From Eledone cirrhosa (lineage: Eukaryota): a stretch of 64,000 bases of DNA. The notes beneath the pieces were generated by a model. It had not been told where the DNA came from. It worked only from the letters and a program-made list of their open reading frames with translations, and did no database searches. A program made the translations under genes and the position numbers. The stretch lies in NCBI GenBank assembly GCA_964016885.1, contig OZ024740.1:327236001-327300000 (forward strand). The letters are read 5' to 3'. Below, one piece after another: positions 27,791 through 40,889 of this stretch (positions are counted from its first letter, which is position 1; each line of letters begins with the position of its first letter).

Positions 27791-28106
27791 ATTATATTTT
27801 CGTTGATTACTCTACCACTGACTAATCTTATAAAAGAAGATAAGGAGCCTAGTGCTGTTTATAAAAATAAGCATTACGCATGATGCATTGCAACCTAATT
27901 TCAAGTAATATACGACCAAAGTAACAAACTACTTTATTTAAAGTAAAGTTGTTTCCCCTTTTAATCAGGTTTACACTAACAAACCAGCGGTATTGTCATC
28001 GAATGTTGAATAACGTTAACGACAATATACACGTCGAAGAACAACAATAACAGCAATGTTTCGGCCGCCACTGTTGAGTATAGAGATAATGAGGATGACG
28101 CCGTCA

Positions 28107-28275
<169 letters not shown>

Positions 28276-28363
28276 CCGATAATACTAAGTGAAGCACGTA
28301 AGATGAACAAGATAATATAATGTAATTTAAAATATCAGTACAAACAATCAATGCTACGAGATT

Positions 28364-28447
<84 letters not shown>

Positions 28448-28454
28448 GTATATA

Positions 28455-28543
<89 letters not shown>

Positions 28544-28704
28544 ATGTATATTTAATTACATAATAAACAACATAATATAATTATTCCATTCCCAAAGGTT
28601 TCAAGAAACTAGACGCTTCTTACTGAAACGTCTAGCCCATTCATCAGATAATATATATACATATATATATTTATTTATATATTTATATATATTTATATGT
28701 ATGA

Positions 28705-28749
<45 letters not shown>

Positions 28750-28761
28750 ATTATAAGCATA

Positions 28762-28824
<63 letters not shown>

Positions 28825-28865
28825 TTATATATATATACACACACACATAAATATGAATATATATG

Positions 28866-28941
<76 letters not shown>

Positions 28942-29740
28942 AATATAAATATATATATGTATATACATGTATGTGTGTGTTTTTGTGTGTGTGTATGTGT
29001 GTGTGTGTGTGTGTGTTTGTGTCTGTGCGTGGGTCTGTGTGTATTTGTGTGTGTATTATACTACTACAACCATTCCAGACAATCTCCTATCTCTGTTCTA
29101 ATTATCAGCCAATTATCACCCCAAAACACTCACATATTAATGAACAAAATAATTAAAAAAACCAAACAGTTTAGAAACTTCAAAGCAGTATATTGGAAGC
29201 AAATAAACTGAATCTAGCTACAAAGAACTCAACATCAGCAACACAGAAACTGTACCACTTATACATTATATACATTCAATAAAATAATTATAGACATACT
29301 GACAAAAAAGATAAATATTCCACAAGTCAATATAAACAAATACAACTAAATTACACATTAAGGACAAACCAAAAATGATACACAAAAAGAAAATATTACG
29401 TGTTTTACCATAGAAAAGCAGTGGGCTGGTAAACGTTTGTATGCAACATAATCCAGACAACATACAATAAACTAATAAAATAACGCCCACATGCTTTTAA
29501 GTCACTCACAAGTAACAACAACATATCTCACCAAACATCATCTTGAAAAAGGATATTTCAAAAATAAAACAAAAAAAAGGAAAAAAAAGGTGATTACAAT
29601 TAAGCTTAATCATTGGAGTGATCTCCCCTGATATGAATCTTATTGTATTTCTAGAGATGAACATCAATTTCCACATTGATAGACACAGACGCTCTCGCTT
29701 ACTCATACATATACACTTATATACATATATACATGTGTAT

Positions 29741-29819
<79 letters not shown>

Positions 29820-29849
29820 CATATATGTAAATATATATATATATTTACA

Positions 29850-29899
<50 letters not shown>

Positions 29900-30006
29900 A
29901 ACAGATAATACATAAATACACACAGACACAAGCACTCTTTCACTCTCTATTTCACCCCTTTCTCCCCCTCTCTCTAAATGTGTATATATATATATATGTG
30001 TGTATG

Positions 30007-30345
30007 TAAAAGGTAAACAGAAATAACAACAGAATCTGTACAGTACATGGAAGGGATATATCAGGTGAACGCTTGATATAGCAGGAAGAGGGTCTTAACG
30101 TTTCGGACGCTAGTCCTTCATCAGAAGAAAGAATGACAAATAAAATAGAATGAGGGGACAGGCGGGTTGGAATTGGAAAAAATGTTTTTAGATAGAAAAG
30201 ATTTGAGATTGGGCGTATAGATGGTACTAGGGTGGGAGTGAAAAATAGACGGGTGAGAAGAAGGTGGTGTAAGAAGATTGTAGTAGAGGAAAAGTGTTAG
30301 GGGATAAAAGCCCTACTGCCTTCATTTTGAAAGGGTAACAGGATA
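30007..30345 (-). mobile_element. 3' UTR/pLTR of PLE family E
   Basis: Shares its 3' end with 7447-7550; pyrimidine-rich UTR; contains a hammerhead. Confidence 0.7.
30093..30128 (-). ncRNA. Type I minimal hammerhead ribozyme (family E)
   Basis: TCTT-CTGATGA-A-GGAC(TAGC)GTCC-GAA-ACGT-T-AAGA; palindromic stem III, GUU triplet. Confidence 0.85.
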
Positions 30346-30963
30346 TATGATTGTTGGCAAATCACTGATGAGGGACTCATTTTATAACATGTTATCCATG
30401 TGCAACCTGCAGTATTCTTCTCCCCATTTTTTCACATATATTTACCTAAACTGCGATTCTTTTTTTATCTCTCTCTCTCTTACTGCTCCCTCGTTCTCTC
30501 TGTTTCTCTTACTTTCTTTCGCCTCTTCTGTCATGTCAGTTAACACTTTCTCTCTACTGACCTCTTCCTCACACTTCCACTCACTCACTCACTGTTTCTC
30601 CCCTTCTCACTTCACCCCGTTCGCGACGAAAACAATTTCCTTCTTTCTTACATTTGGATTCATCTCGAAAGGTCTTTTTCTACACGCTCATATATTCACC
30701 CAGCTTATGCTGACAGAATAACTATGTAGCTTGTGCCCTTCCTATCTACGGTTAGCTTTCCTCTTTGTTGTTACTTGTCTCACTCGCTTTACGCGTTTTA
30801 ATTGTCCTAATAACTTAATTTAGTTATTATTGCACCAACGTGAGGTATATGATTTTTAATGCAATGAAATATCTATGATCGTTGGCAAATCACTGATGAG
30901 GGACTCATTTTATAACATGTTATCCATGTGCAGCCTGCAGTATTCTTCTCCCTATTTTTTCAC

Positions 30964-30968
<5 letters not shown>
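30345..30968 (+). repeat. ~95 bp direct repeats about 530 bp apart, pLTR-like, ending in (TA)n
   Basis: 30346-30441 is repeated at 30876-30968. Confidence 0.7.
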
Positions 30969-30995
<27 letters not shown>

Positions 30996-31016
30996 GTATG
31001 TATACATATATATATA

Positions 31017-31213
31017 TAACGAAGGAAATTTGGTAAGGAACCAGATGGACCATAAGGCACCAGAGTACTCAATACTTAGGGTAGTAGAGTGGGTAATAGG
31101 AAAGTGTTTAACCCTGACGGCTGAGCTCAAGCCGTTTCGGCAGCTATTTCTGAAGTCCAGAAATAGCCGCCGAAACGTCTTGAGCTCTGCCGTCGGGGTT
31201 AAACACTTTCCTA
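31017..31213 (-). mobile_element. Fold-back element family I
   Basis: Same 3' end and GAAACGGCTTGAGCTCAGCCGTC as the other copies; in (TA)n. Confidence 0.8.
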
Positions 31214-31231
31214 TATATATATATATATATT

Positions 31232-32920
31232 GTTATACTTTGGGAGGGTCATGTTGCCAATAAGAAACACACGCACCAGTTGCTTTCACTTCAATTTATT
31301 ATATATTTATAAATTTATAAATTTACAAATCTACAAACTTATAAATTTCTGGTTGGTTGGTTGGTTCCACAACCAGATAGTTGTTTATATATAGTCATAG
31401 TCCTTTCGTCACACACTCTGTGACCTCTTCAGTGACTGGGGATTCCTTTCTTTGTTTCTGTGCCTTTCCTTTCTTCTGTCCTACGCCATTTTGTTTCTGT
31501 GTGTGTGTTGTGTGCTCAGTTTGCGCATGCGTCACATCCGGGTGTCTGTGTGTGTTTGTGTTCATTTATCTATTTGTTTATTTATTTATCTATTTATTTA
31601 CATGTTGTTGGTTGGTTGTTTGTTCTATGTGTGTGTGTGTTTTCATTTTGTCCTTAATTGTAAGTTGTGATGTTGCTGTTCCACTCATATTTTCTATTTA
31701 ATTTTGGTTGTAATTCTTTTATGCTTACTGCCTCTGTAATTTGCCTAAACATTGCATCTTTTCTGTGTGTGGATTCTATTTTTATTTCTATGTTCTCTAA
31801 TTTACCCTTGTGCTCTATCTTAGCATGTTGGTAGAGCACAGATGATTCTTTATTATCTTGAAGGTCTCGCCAGTGTTCATTTATTCGTTCCCCTATACTA
31901 CGAGCTGTCTCACCTATGTACACTATATTTTTGTTTCTACATTGTCCTTCAGTACATCTTATGCTATACACTACATTTCTAGTTTTACAGTTAATATGGG
32001 GGCTTATTTTACAGGTTATACATTTCTTATCTATACATGAGGGTCTTTGGAACGGGTATGTCTTGCTAATAAGTGTTTTTACGGAGGTACCTGGTCTTTC
32101 TACTATCTTAATATTGAGTTTATGTTTATTTAGGGCCCTTCTAAATTTGTAGGCTAGTTCGCCTCTAGGGGTTGTATTGATGAACATTACACTCTGGTAT
32201 TTATTGCTATCATACCATGAGTTTATTCTATTGGCCTTGTTCCTAGTTCTTTCTATTCTATTCCAAAATTTGCTCCTATACAAGGGGCAGGTCCCATTTA
32301 TGTCATTATTTACCATTTTTTACCATTTGGTTCTGGCTCCTCTATACACTCTGATTCTATCTCTCTGATTGTAGCCAGAGAACTGCATACGGTGGATGAA
32401 GTGTTGTATGTGTCTCTCTAGTTCTTCGGGGTTGCACATGCGGGACACATTTCTCATCACCCGTACCAAATCCGCAATCAGTATGTTGATTTTGGTATGG
32501 TCCGAAATGGCCGAGTTTCGGTGGATCAGATGTTTGGAAGTCATGGGTTTGGCGTAATGGGAATGGAGGATTTGTTTTTGGTTGTTAATGGTATCTAACC
32601 AGAGCTCTGTGTCTAGTACAGGTAATCGATGGTTGGGGTGTTTACTTGGGTAGTCTATAGTAACTCTAATGCTCTGGTGGATGGAGTTTGCTATTTGTTG
32701 GATGCTTTCCATTGTGTTTTTCTCTAGTTCCTGACTGTTCTTTAGTGGGGGTGTCTTAACTACGATGTTTATATCATCTACGTAGCGGGAGTACATTATC
32801 AGGGTTCAGCTGTCTTCTAATTGTTCTTTGAGTTTTTGTTTAAGTCTACTGTCCCAATAAGTTTTTGTTTAAGTCTACTGTCCCACCATACCATGAATAA
32901 GTTAGCTATGTCGCCTACAT
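31232..32920 (-). mobile_element. 5'-truncated Penelope-like element (RT C-part + GIY-YIG; frameshift near 32318) with the family B 3' UTR
   Basis: RYVDD, LPVLD, CITC..NCKTRNVVYSIRC...VYIGETARSIGERINEH, RQITEAV..LN; ORFs 32320-32796 and 31654-32316. Confidence 0.92.
31393..31437 (-). ncRNA. Type I minimal hammerhead ribozyme (family B) in the PLE 3' UTR
   Basis: AGTCA-CTGAAGA-G-GTCAC(AGAGTGT)GTGAC-GAA-AGGACT-A-TGACT. Confidence 0.8.
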
Positions 32921-32939
32921 CGTAGTTAAGACACCCCCA

Positions 32940-35040
32940 GTTAGTGGTGGTAGTAGGGTGTGTGTTTAGTGTGAGCGCGTGTATATATTTGCCGGTGGGT
33001 GTGTGCGTGTGATAAGGAGGGGGGAGGAGAAGAAGGGAGGGATGTTAGTATGTTAGTTGGGGAAGGTGGTCGGATGTGGGGTGGAGTGGACGTGTTAGTA
33101 TTGTTAGTTGTGAGGTGGGCGGTGAAAATGAGGGGTGTGTTAGTAGTGTTAGTGGGGGGAGGGGGCGGTCGAAGGCTAAAGGAATAAGGGTGGGGAGTTC
33201 AGACCGGGGGGAGTGTGGGTCTGTAAGATGAAGATGTTTCGTTGTTTAACTCTTAGGAGATTGGCGGGTGTTCCGTGGCATTGGAGTAGGCCACAGACTG
33301 TGAGATGGCGTGCGGAATGTCCAGGGGCACCAAAGTGGCGGGCGATGGGGAAACTACCACCGAGACGAATATCCCGGAGGTGCTCAGTGAATCTCTCCGC
33401 CAGGCGACGTCCAGTCTGTCCGACGTAAGTCCGTAGACTAGGTTGGAGGAGATGCAGCGGAAGGCATGCCGGACAGAGAGAGAGTGGCCTGGAAGGTGGT
33501 GGTGTTGGTGTTGGTGATGTGGGGACAAGTGTTGTAGCGGGGCCTAGAACAGGGAAAGGAACTGGGGGGGGAAGAGAGCGTGGGGGGGTAGGGAGCTGTG
33601 GACGAGGAGGGTGCGGAGATTGTGTGCGCGTTTGAAGGAGGGGAGTGGTGGGGCTGGGAAGATATGAGAGGTGGAGGGGTCGGACTGGAGGCGTCGGAAG
33701 AGGCGGCGGATGGTGCGGTGGAGGGGTGGTAGGTGATGGGGAAGGGGAGACGGTGGGTGGGTGTGCGGTGGCGTGGGGTGAGGGTGGTGGAGCGGTGGAC
33801 AGCACGGGCGCGGGTGAGAGCGGTGTGGACGAGAGGGGGGGGGGGGGGTAACCTCTGCGGATGAAATGGCTGACTAGGGAAAGGGCCTGGGATTCAAAGT
33901 CGGCATCTCGGCTACAGAGGCGGCGGATCCTGAGGAGTTGGGAGTAGGGAATAGAGTGTTTAGTATGTGTGGGGTGGGAAGAGGTGAAGTCGAGGTAAGA
34001 GTGGGAGTCGGTGGGTTTGAAGAAGGCGGAGGTGACGAGGGACTGGTGGGAGGGGTCGAAGGCGACGGAGATGTCTAAGAAGTGGACGTGGGTGGTGGAG
34101 ATAGAGGTGGTGAAGTGGAGGGAGGGGTGGAAGGAGCAGAAGAAGGAGAGAAAGGAGTCGAGCTGTTCTCGGGTGAGGGTCGTGGCTCCGATACAGTCGT
34201 CGATGTAACGACCGTACAGTTTGGGCCCATTCTTGTACCCATGGCTACCCCCGTGACCTGTTGGTAAAACTCACCCGAGAAGGAGAAACAATTGAGGGTG
34301 AGGACCAGCTGGGTGAGGCGAAGGAGGGGGGGGGAATGTGGGAGGGGCGAAGGTCGAGGTAGTGTTTAAGGGCGCGTAGGCCGTCGGCGTGGGGGATGAC
34401 GGTTTAGAGGGACTTGATGTCTAGGGTGAAGAGGAAGGGCTGTGGGCGGGTGGGTAGGTGAAGGAGTCAAAAAGGCGCAGGGCGTGGTTGGTGTCGGAGA
34501 TGTGGGAGGGGAGGGTGGTGACAAGGGGGGCGAGGATGGAGTCTAGAAAGGCGGAGATGAGTTCGGTGGGGCAGTTGCAAGCGGAGACGATGGGGCGGCT
34601 GGGGTTGTCGGATTTGTGGAGTTTGGGGAGGAAGTAGATGGTGGGGGTGTGGGGTGTGCGGACGATAAGGTGGGAAGCGGTGGGGGGAGGAGGGAGGAGG
34701 AGACAAGGTGTTGGATGGTGGAGGAAACTTGTTGTTGGTAGAGAGGTGTGGGATCGGAGGGTAGAGGGTGGTAGAAGAGGGGGTTACGGAGCTGCCTGAG
34801 GGCTTCGGCCGTGTAGAGGTCCGCGCGCCACACCACCACGGCACCTCCCTTGTCCGCCGGTTTGATGACGATGTCATCTCGGCTACGGAGGGAGCGGAGA
34901 GCGAGGAGTTCTCCCCGTGAGATATTATTCCGTTTGGCACGGTGGCGGCAGTCGAAACGATTTACGGCGCTACGGCTGGCATCGACGAACGCGTCCAGGG
35001 TGCTAAATTGCCCTGGGGCCGGCGTCCAAGAAGATGGTCG
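32940..35040 (-). mobile_element. Internally deleted Penelope-like element (Neptune-like)
   Basis: DDIVIKPADKGGAVVVW, AMGTRMGP joined directly to YGRYIDD, HFLDI, YVGQTGRRLAERFTEHLRDI, PIARHF, GLN. Confidence 0.9.
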
Positions 35041-35049
35041 TCGGCCCAG

Positions 35050-35348
35050 ATTCTATTATATATATTTCAAGGGTACCAAAACTTTGGTACGCTCTCATTA
35101 GATAAAATACAAAGTTTGTTTCATAAATATTGACAGAACCAGGAAGAACTTAACGGTTCAAGTTTTTCCTGGAAAAGTTTATCCAGGAAAAACTTGAACC
35201 GTTAAGTTCTTCTGTCTGGTTATGTCAATATTTATAAAACAAACTTTGTATTTTATCTGATGAGTGCGTACACAAGTTTTGGTACCCTTGAAATATATAT
35301 AATAGAATAAATATGGTTTTATAAATATAGTTTCTATTTATTTAATAT

Positions 35349-35352
<4 letters not shown>
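35050..35352 (+). mobile_element. Fold-back element family F
   Basis: 35050-35176 is inverted at ~35180-35308; related to 38257-39655. Confidence 0.8.
35251..35307 (+). ncRNA. Type I hammerhead ribozyme (family F)
   Basis: TTTTAT-CTGATGA-stem II (GTAC..GTAC)-GAA-ATATATAT-A-ATAGAA; the opposite arm 35051-35107 has CTAATGA. Confidence 0.7.
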
Positions 35353-35398
<46 letters not shown>

Positions 35399-35401
<3 letters not shown>

Positions 35402-35605
35402 AACCAGTAAGACCCCGACGGCTGAGCTCAAGCCGTTTCGACGGCTAATTCTAGTCCAGAATTTTAGTCCAGAATTAGCCGTCGAAACGGCTTGAACTCA
35501 GCCGTCGGGGCCTTACTGGTTCCTATTACCCACTCTACTACCCCAAGTATTGAGTACTTTGGTGCGTTATGGTCCACCTGGTTCTTTACCACATTTCCTT
35601 CGTTA
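35399..35605 (+). mobile_element. Fold-back element family I
   Basis: Palindrome 35399-35524 centred in hammerhead stem II; in (TA)n. Confidence 0.85.
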
Positions 35606-35655
35606 TATATATATATATATATAAGAACAAAAGATGGTTAAAAGAGTTCCATGTA

Positions 35656-35722
35656 TTTTATTATGCGCATTTCAAAAACAAATATCATCATGCAATAATA
35701 TTTGTGTTTTCATCAGATAAAA
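35656..35722 (-). ncRNA. Type I hammerhead ribozyme (family G)
   Basis: TTTTAT-CTGATGA-16 bp stem II (GCAT loop)-GAA-ATGCGCAT-A-ATAAAA. Confidence 0.85.
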
Positions 35723-35844
35723 CAGGAAGACATGATATGAAGGTTAAAAAACACTTGTGGATAGTGCAGTTTTAAATCAACATATGTTGATTTAAAACTG
35801 CACTATCCACTAGTGTTTTTTAACCTTCATATCATGTCTTCCTG

Positions 35845-35911
35845 TTTTATCTGATGAAAACACAAATATTATTGCATGATGATATTTGTTTTTGAAATGC
35901 GCATAATAAAA
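35845..35911 (+). ncRNA. Type I hammerhead ribozyme (family G)
   Basis: Same fold; palindromic stem III ATGCGCAT, AUA triplet. Confidence 0.85.
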
Positions 35912-36039
35912 TACATGGAACTCTTTTAACCATCTTTTGTTCTTATATATTATGTATACTCCAGTCCTACAAACTGTAGAGTGCTTCTTATCGGATATCT
36001 GCATTGCTTTATTGTACTACAATAAAACTCACCTCCTAC

Positions 36040-36292
<253 letters not shown>

Positions 36293-36295
36293 AAT

Positions 36296-36328
<33 letters not shown>

Positions 36329-36336
36329 AATATATC

Positions 36337-36425
<89 letters not shown>

Positions 36426-36426
<1 letters not shown>

Positions 36427-36602
36427 GGAACCAGTAAGACCCCGACGGCTGAGCTCAAGCCGTTTCGACGGCTAATTCTGGACGAAACGGCTTGAGCTCA
36501 GCCGTCGGGGTCTTACTGGTTCCTATTACCCACTCTTCTACCCTAAGTATTGAGTAATTTGGTGCGTTATGGTCCACCTGATTCCTTACCACATTTCCTT
36601 CG

Positions 36603-36605
<3 letters not shown>
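36426..36605 (+). mobile_element. Fold-back element family I
   Basis: Same family, inversion centre in stem II; in (TA)n. Confidence 0.85.
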
Positions 36606-36649
<44 letters not shown>

Positions 36650-36651
36650 TA

Positions 36652-37529
36652 TATCCTGTTACCCTAATACAAGACAGGTCTTATTTTTCCCTTTAAAAAT
36701 AAAGGCACTAGGGCTTATATTTTTACACGAAAAATAACAGCACAAAAGTTTTGATAAACGTATCATTATACTGATGTCAAGATTAAAAAGATTATGTATT
36801 TATTCAAATACTGTCATATCATCATCTATTGGAGGGGTCCCCAACCTTTTGGGTCCCGGGCCGGATAGCCATGCAGCAGTGGCTCCGCGGGCCGGATGCA
36901 CAATTAATACTACTTATATACAAATAAGTAATAATTTATTTATCCCTTATGTTAGATTTGAAACAAAATTCAATATTGACACTTAGAGCTGTCCCAAGCA
37001 GAGAAATACATTTAAACATTGTTTTATTCGGCAATATCGATAGATCGGGTGCGAATTTATTGCAAACTGTACTCTTTTTAGAACCCTCGCAAGCAGGATA
37101 AAGGCCTTCGCCGGCCAAATTGAAAACCCTTCGCGAGCCGCATGTGGCCCGCGGGCCGGTGGTTGGGGACCCCTGATATATTGGAATATCATCATGATTC
37201 CCTAGATTCATACCCTTATCGTCACCAGTTTGTTCCTGTGATCGTAATTCCCGTAGAACTAAAAATCCAAACAAAACAAGGTTAAACTGTATATAATTGA
37301 AAGCACCTGTGTCTTAGTACATATGTATTACAGAGTTAAAAACAATATCATTATCGGAATTTATTATATTAGTAATCAGTAAGTCTCTGTAAATCTGTGT
37401 TTTATATTATTTTTATATTAATTTTACTCGCAAAAATGCGCTACAGCTTATTTTGGGGGTCAGGCTTATATCTGACAGCAACATACTAGAGCTTATTTTT
37501 GATGTTGGCCATATGATAGGGGAAAACGT
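36652..37529. mobile_element. Old Tc1/pogo-like MITE
   Basis: Degenerate termini (cctgttaccctaatacaagac / catatgataggggaaaacg) with repeated GGTCTTAT/GGCTTAT subterminal motifs. Confidence 0.45.
36832..37175. mobile_element. hAT (Charlie-like) MITE
   Basis: TIRs gAGGGGTCCCCAACC / GGTTGGGGACCCCTG; 8 bp TSD ATCTATTG/ATATATTG; GGCCCGCGGGCC subterminal motifs. Confidence 0.88.
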
Positions 37530-37631
37530 GAAATTACTGTAGTAACTTACTGTCGTAACAGGTGAGCATTCGATGTTTAGGTTCACGTCAGTGGTGAGGT
37601 CTAGAGCTAGACAGTGTGTAATATAATGATA

Positions 37632-37908
37632 TAATAATACAAGGACGATTTCTTAAGCCTTCATTACGTTTATTGATTGGTGACGCGCGTTTCGCTATTG
37701 GTCAGGTCAAGTTCGATCTCGATCGATCTGGCCCGACTCTGGAATCAAAAGCCCATTTTGTCATTACAACAGTAGAGGTCCAACGAGCTTTTGATTCCAG
37801 AGTCGGGCCAGATCGATACAGATCGAACCTTGAGCTGATAAATAGCGAAACGCGCGTCACCAATCAATAAACGTAATGAAGGCTTAACAAATCGTCCTTG
37901 TATTATTA
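37632..37908. mobile_element. Fold-back element family K with a hammerhead 3' half in each arm
   Basis: ~120 bp arms; GAA-ACGCGCGT-C at 37847-37858, followed by AATAAA. Confidence 0.7.
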
Positions 37909-37918
37909 CTATTATTAT

Positions 37919-38083
<165 letters not shown>

Positions 38084-38299
38084 TGAGTCCCGGGTTCAAT
38101 CAGAGCTAACCACAGTTACTAAGGTAATCAATACATTAGCAAAGTATGAACATGAAGTTTAATAGAGAAATTACTTCTGCAGGACTAGAATATTTCAGTT
38201 CTAGTCCTGTAGAAGCCATCTCTATATTAAACTTTATATATATATATATATATATACGATATTAAACAAATGGAAACTATATTTATAAAACCATATTTA

Positions 38300-38361
38300 T
38301 TTCGTTATATATATTTCTGGGATATCATATTAAAAATATGGTATGCCTTCCTCAGACAAAA
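38300..38361 (-). ncRNA. Type I hammerhead ribozyme (family F)
   Basis: TTTTGT-CTGAGGA-stem II (CATATT/AATATG)-GAA-ATATATAT-A-ACGAAA. Confidence 0.75.
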
Positions 38362-39550
38362 TACAATACATAAGCTGTTTTATAAATAATTAGTGACATA
38401 CCTTGTAATAATGCAACTTCCATTTAAAAAGTTGATTTGGTAGTGAAACTGTTATGACAGTTATATAGAAAGAAAAACGAAGATGAGAAGAAGATGAAGA
38501 GATGTATGTAAATAAAAAAGAAGAAGATGAAGAGATGTATGTAAAGAAAAACACCGGAGCGAGATAGAGAGACAAGGAGAGAGAGAAATACATTGAGGAG
38601 GTGAAAAATATAGTAGGCTGCTTTTGGACAGTTAAACTAGTGTATAGGAGAAAAAGAAAGAAAGATGATATATTTAAAATATATTAAAAATATATTGTCT
38701 CATCCATTTGAATTATCAATTTTTATGAATTAGGTATTATAATGTAAATATCAGTATTCATGAATGAGACACATATCCATAATGTGTGAAAAAAATGACC
38801 ACATGCTCAGTTTAAAAATTCTGAGGTCTATAAGTAAAATCTGAGATAAAACTTCAAACATAAGTATATATGCATTCTCGTGAAAAAAAAAGAGAAAAGA
38901 GAAGGTTATCTCAAATTCAAGTTGATAAATATAGACGCACATGTGAACCTACGTGATACGCTGCACCGATTCTTATATTTCATGAAAAACTTCAATGCGT
39001 TAGAAAAGATTCCACCCTACATACATTTACATACATATATACATATATATAGACACAAAATATATAAGATATACATTAACATCTAAAATAACATTCCAGC
39101 CTCACTTGCATGATCATCGATCAAGCATAGAGTAGACAACAGATATCAATATTAAAATTAAAAACGCCAAGAATATCTTCGTCACTCCACAGAGTATCTA
39201 GGGACGCAAGAGAACATAGTATGCCACGCATATCGGTCATAGAATCAGAGTCAAAAGCAAACAAAACCAATACACTAGTTTAACTGTCCAAAAGCAGCCT
39301 ACTATATTTTTCACCTCCTCAATGTATTTCTCTCTCTCCTTGTCTCTCTATCTCGCTCCGGTGTTTTTCTTTACATACATCTCTTCATCTTCTTTTTTAT
39401 TTACATACATCTCTTCATCTTCTTCTCATCTTCGTTTTTCTTTCTATATAACTGTCATAACAGTTTCACTACCAAATCAACTTTTTAAATGGAAGTTGCA
39501 TTATTACAAGGTATGTCACTAATTATTTATAAAACAGCTTATGTATTGTA

Positions 39551-39612
39551 TTTTGTCTGAGGAAGGCATACCATATTTTTAATATGATATCCCAGAAATA
39601 TATATAACGAAA
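39551..39612 (+). ncRNA. Type I hammerhead ribozyme (family F)
   Basis: Mirror copy of 38300-38361. Confidence 0.75.
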
Positions 39613-39742
39613 TAAATATGGTTTTATAAATATAGTTTCCATTTGTTTAATATCGTAAACCTACTCCAGAAACTGTTGAGTGCTTTTATATCAGTTATAA
39701 AATATTTACTCGTTGTAACCCAACAATCTTAAATAAAACTTT

Positions 39743-39814
<72 letters not shown>

Positions 39815-39817
<3 letters not shown>

Positions 39818-40638
39818 CGTTTCTGAATTTGTTTAGCAAGATTCTTTATCTGAAATCGTGTGTTGAAACCGATATTGTTATACTTTGGGAGGGTCATGTT
39901 GCCAATAAGAAACACACGCACCAGTTGCTTTCACTTCAATTTATTATAATAAATTTATAATAAATTTATAAATTTATAAATTTCTGGTTGGTTGGTTGGT
40001 TCCACAACCAGATAGTTGTTTATATATAGTCATAGTTCTTTCGTCACACACTCTGTGACCTCTTCAGTGACTGGGGATTCCTTTCTTTGTTTCTGTGCCT
40101 CTCCTTTGTTCTGTCCTACGCCATTTTGTTTCTGTGTGTGTGTTGTGTGCTCAGTCTGCGCATACGCCACATCCGGGTGTCTGTGTGTGTTTATGTTCAT
40201 TTATTTATTTGTTTATTTACATGTTACTGGTTGGTTGTTTGTTCTATGTGTGTGTGTGTTTTCATTTTGTCCTTAATTGTAAGTTGTGATGTTGCTGTTC
40301 CACTCATATTTTCTATTTAATTTTGGTTGTAACTCTTTTATGTTTATTGCCTCTGTAATTTGTCTAAACATTGCGTCTTTTCACACATACAGACACAAAA
40401 TGGCGTAGGACAGAACAAAGGAGAGGCACGGAAACAAAGAAAGGAATCCCCAGTCACTGAAGCGGTCACAGAGTGTGTGACGAAAGAACTATGACTATAT
40501 ATAAACAACTATCTGGTTGTGGAACCAACCAACCAACCAGAAATTTATAAATTTATAAATTTATTATAATAAATTGAAGTGAAACAACTGGTGCGTGTGT
40601 TTCTTATTGGCAACATGACCCTCCCAAAGTATAACAAT
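39815..40638 (-). mobile_element. Tail-to-tail PLE family B copy with the last ~110 nt of the GIY-YIG ORF
   Basis: 39873-40382 matches 31229-31763; 40383-40638 is an inverted pLTR; (TA)n on both sides. Confidence 0.9.
40028..40072 (-). ncRNA. Type I minimal hammerhead ribozyme (family B)
   Basis: AGTCA-CTGAAGA-G-GTCAC..GTGAC-GAA-AGAACT-A-TGACT; the mirror copy 40452-40496 has CTGAAGC. Confidence 0.78.
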
Positions 40639-40889
40639 ATATATATATATATATATATATGTATATTAATTCGTGGATGCAGATACAAAAATTACAAACA
40701 TTTATATACTTGCAATTCTTTAAAATATTTATATCTGCGCCAATGTATTGATATATATCTCAGAAATTATTTGCTTAAACCTTTAATCTGTGCTAATAAT
40801 ATATATTTGCTCTACGGTTTTACGTATATATATATATATATATTACTGCGTAAATATATATATACATTATATATATTTGGCACGACTCA

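Larger units (their letters stand above)
38257..39700. mobile_element. Tail-to-tail pLTR element family F (~390 bp near-identical arms, ~630 bp spacer)
   Basis: 38257-38645 is inverted at 39272-39656 (mirror ORFs 38390-38593 and 39322-39522); flanked by (TA)n. Confidence 0.88.

Noticed and set aside
28560-28652. Family H-like hammerhead on the minus strand
   Set aside because: CTGATGA, a long stem II and GAAA are present, but the cleavage-site U is G and stem I barely pairs; counted as decayed.
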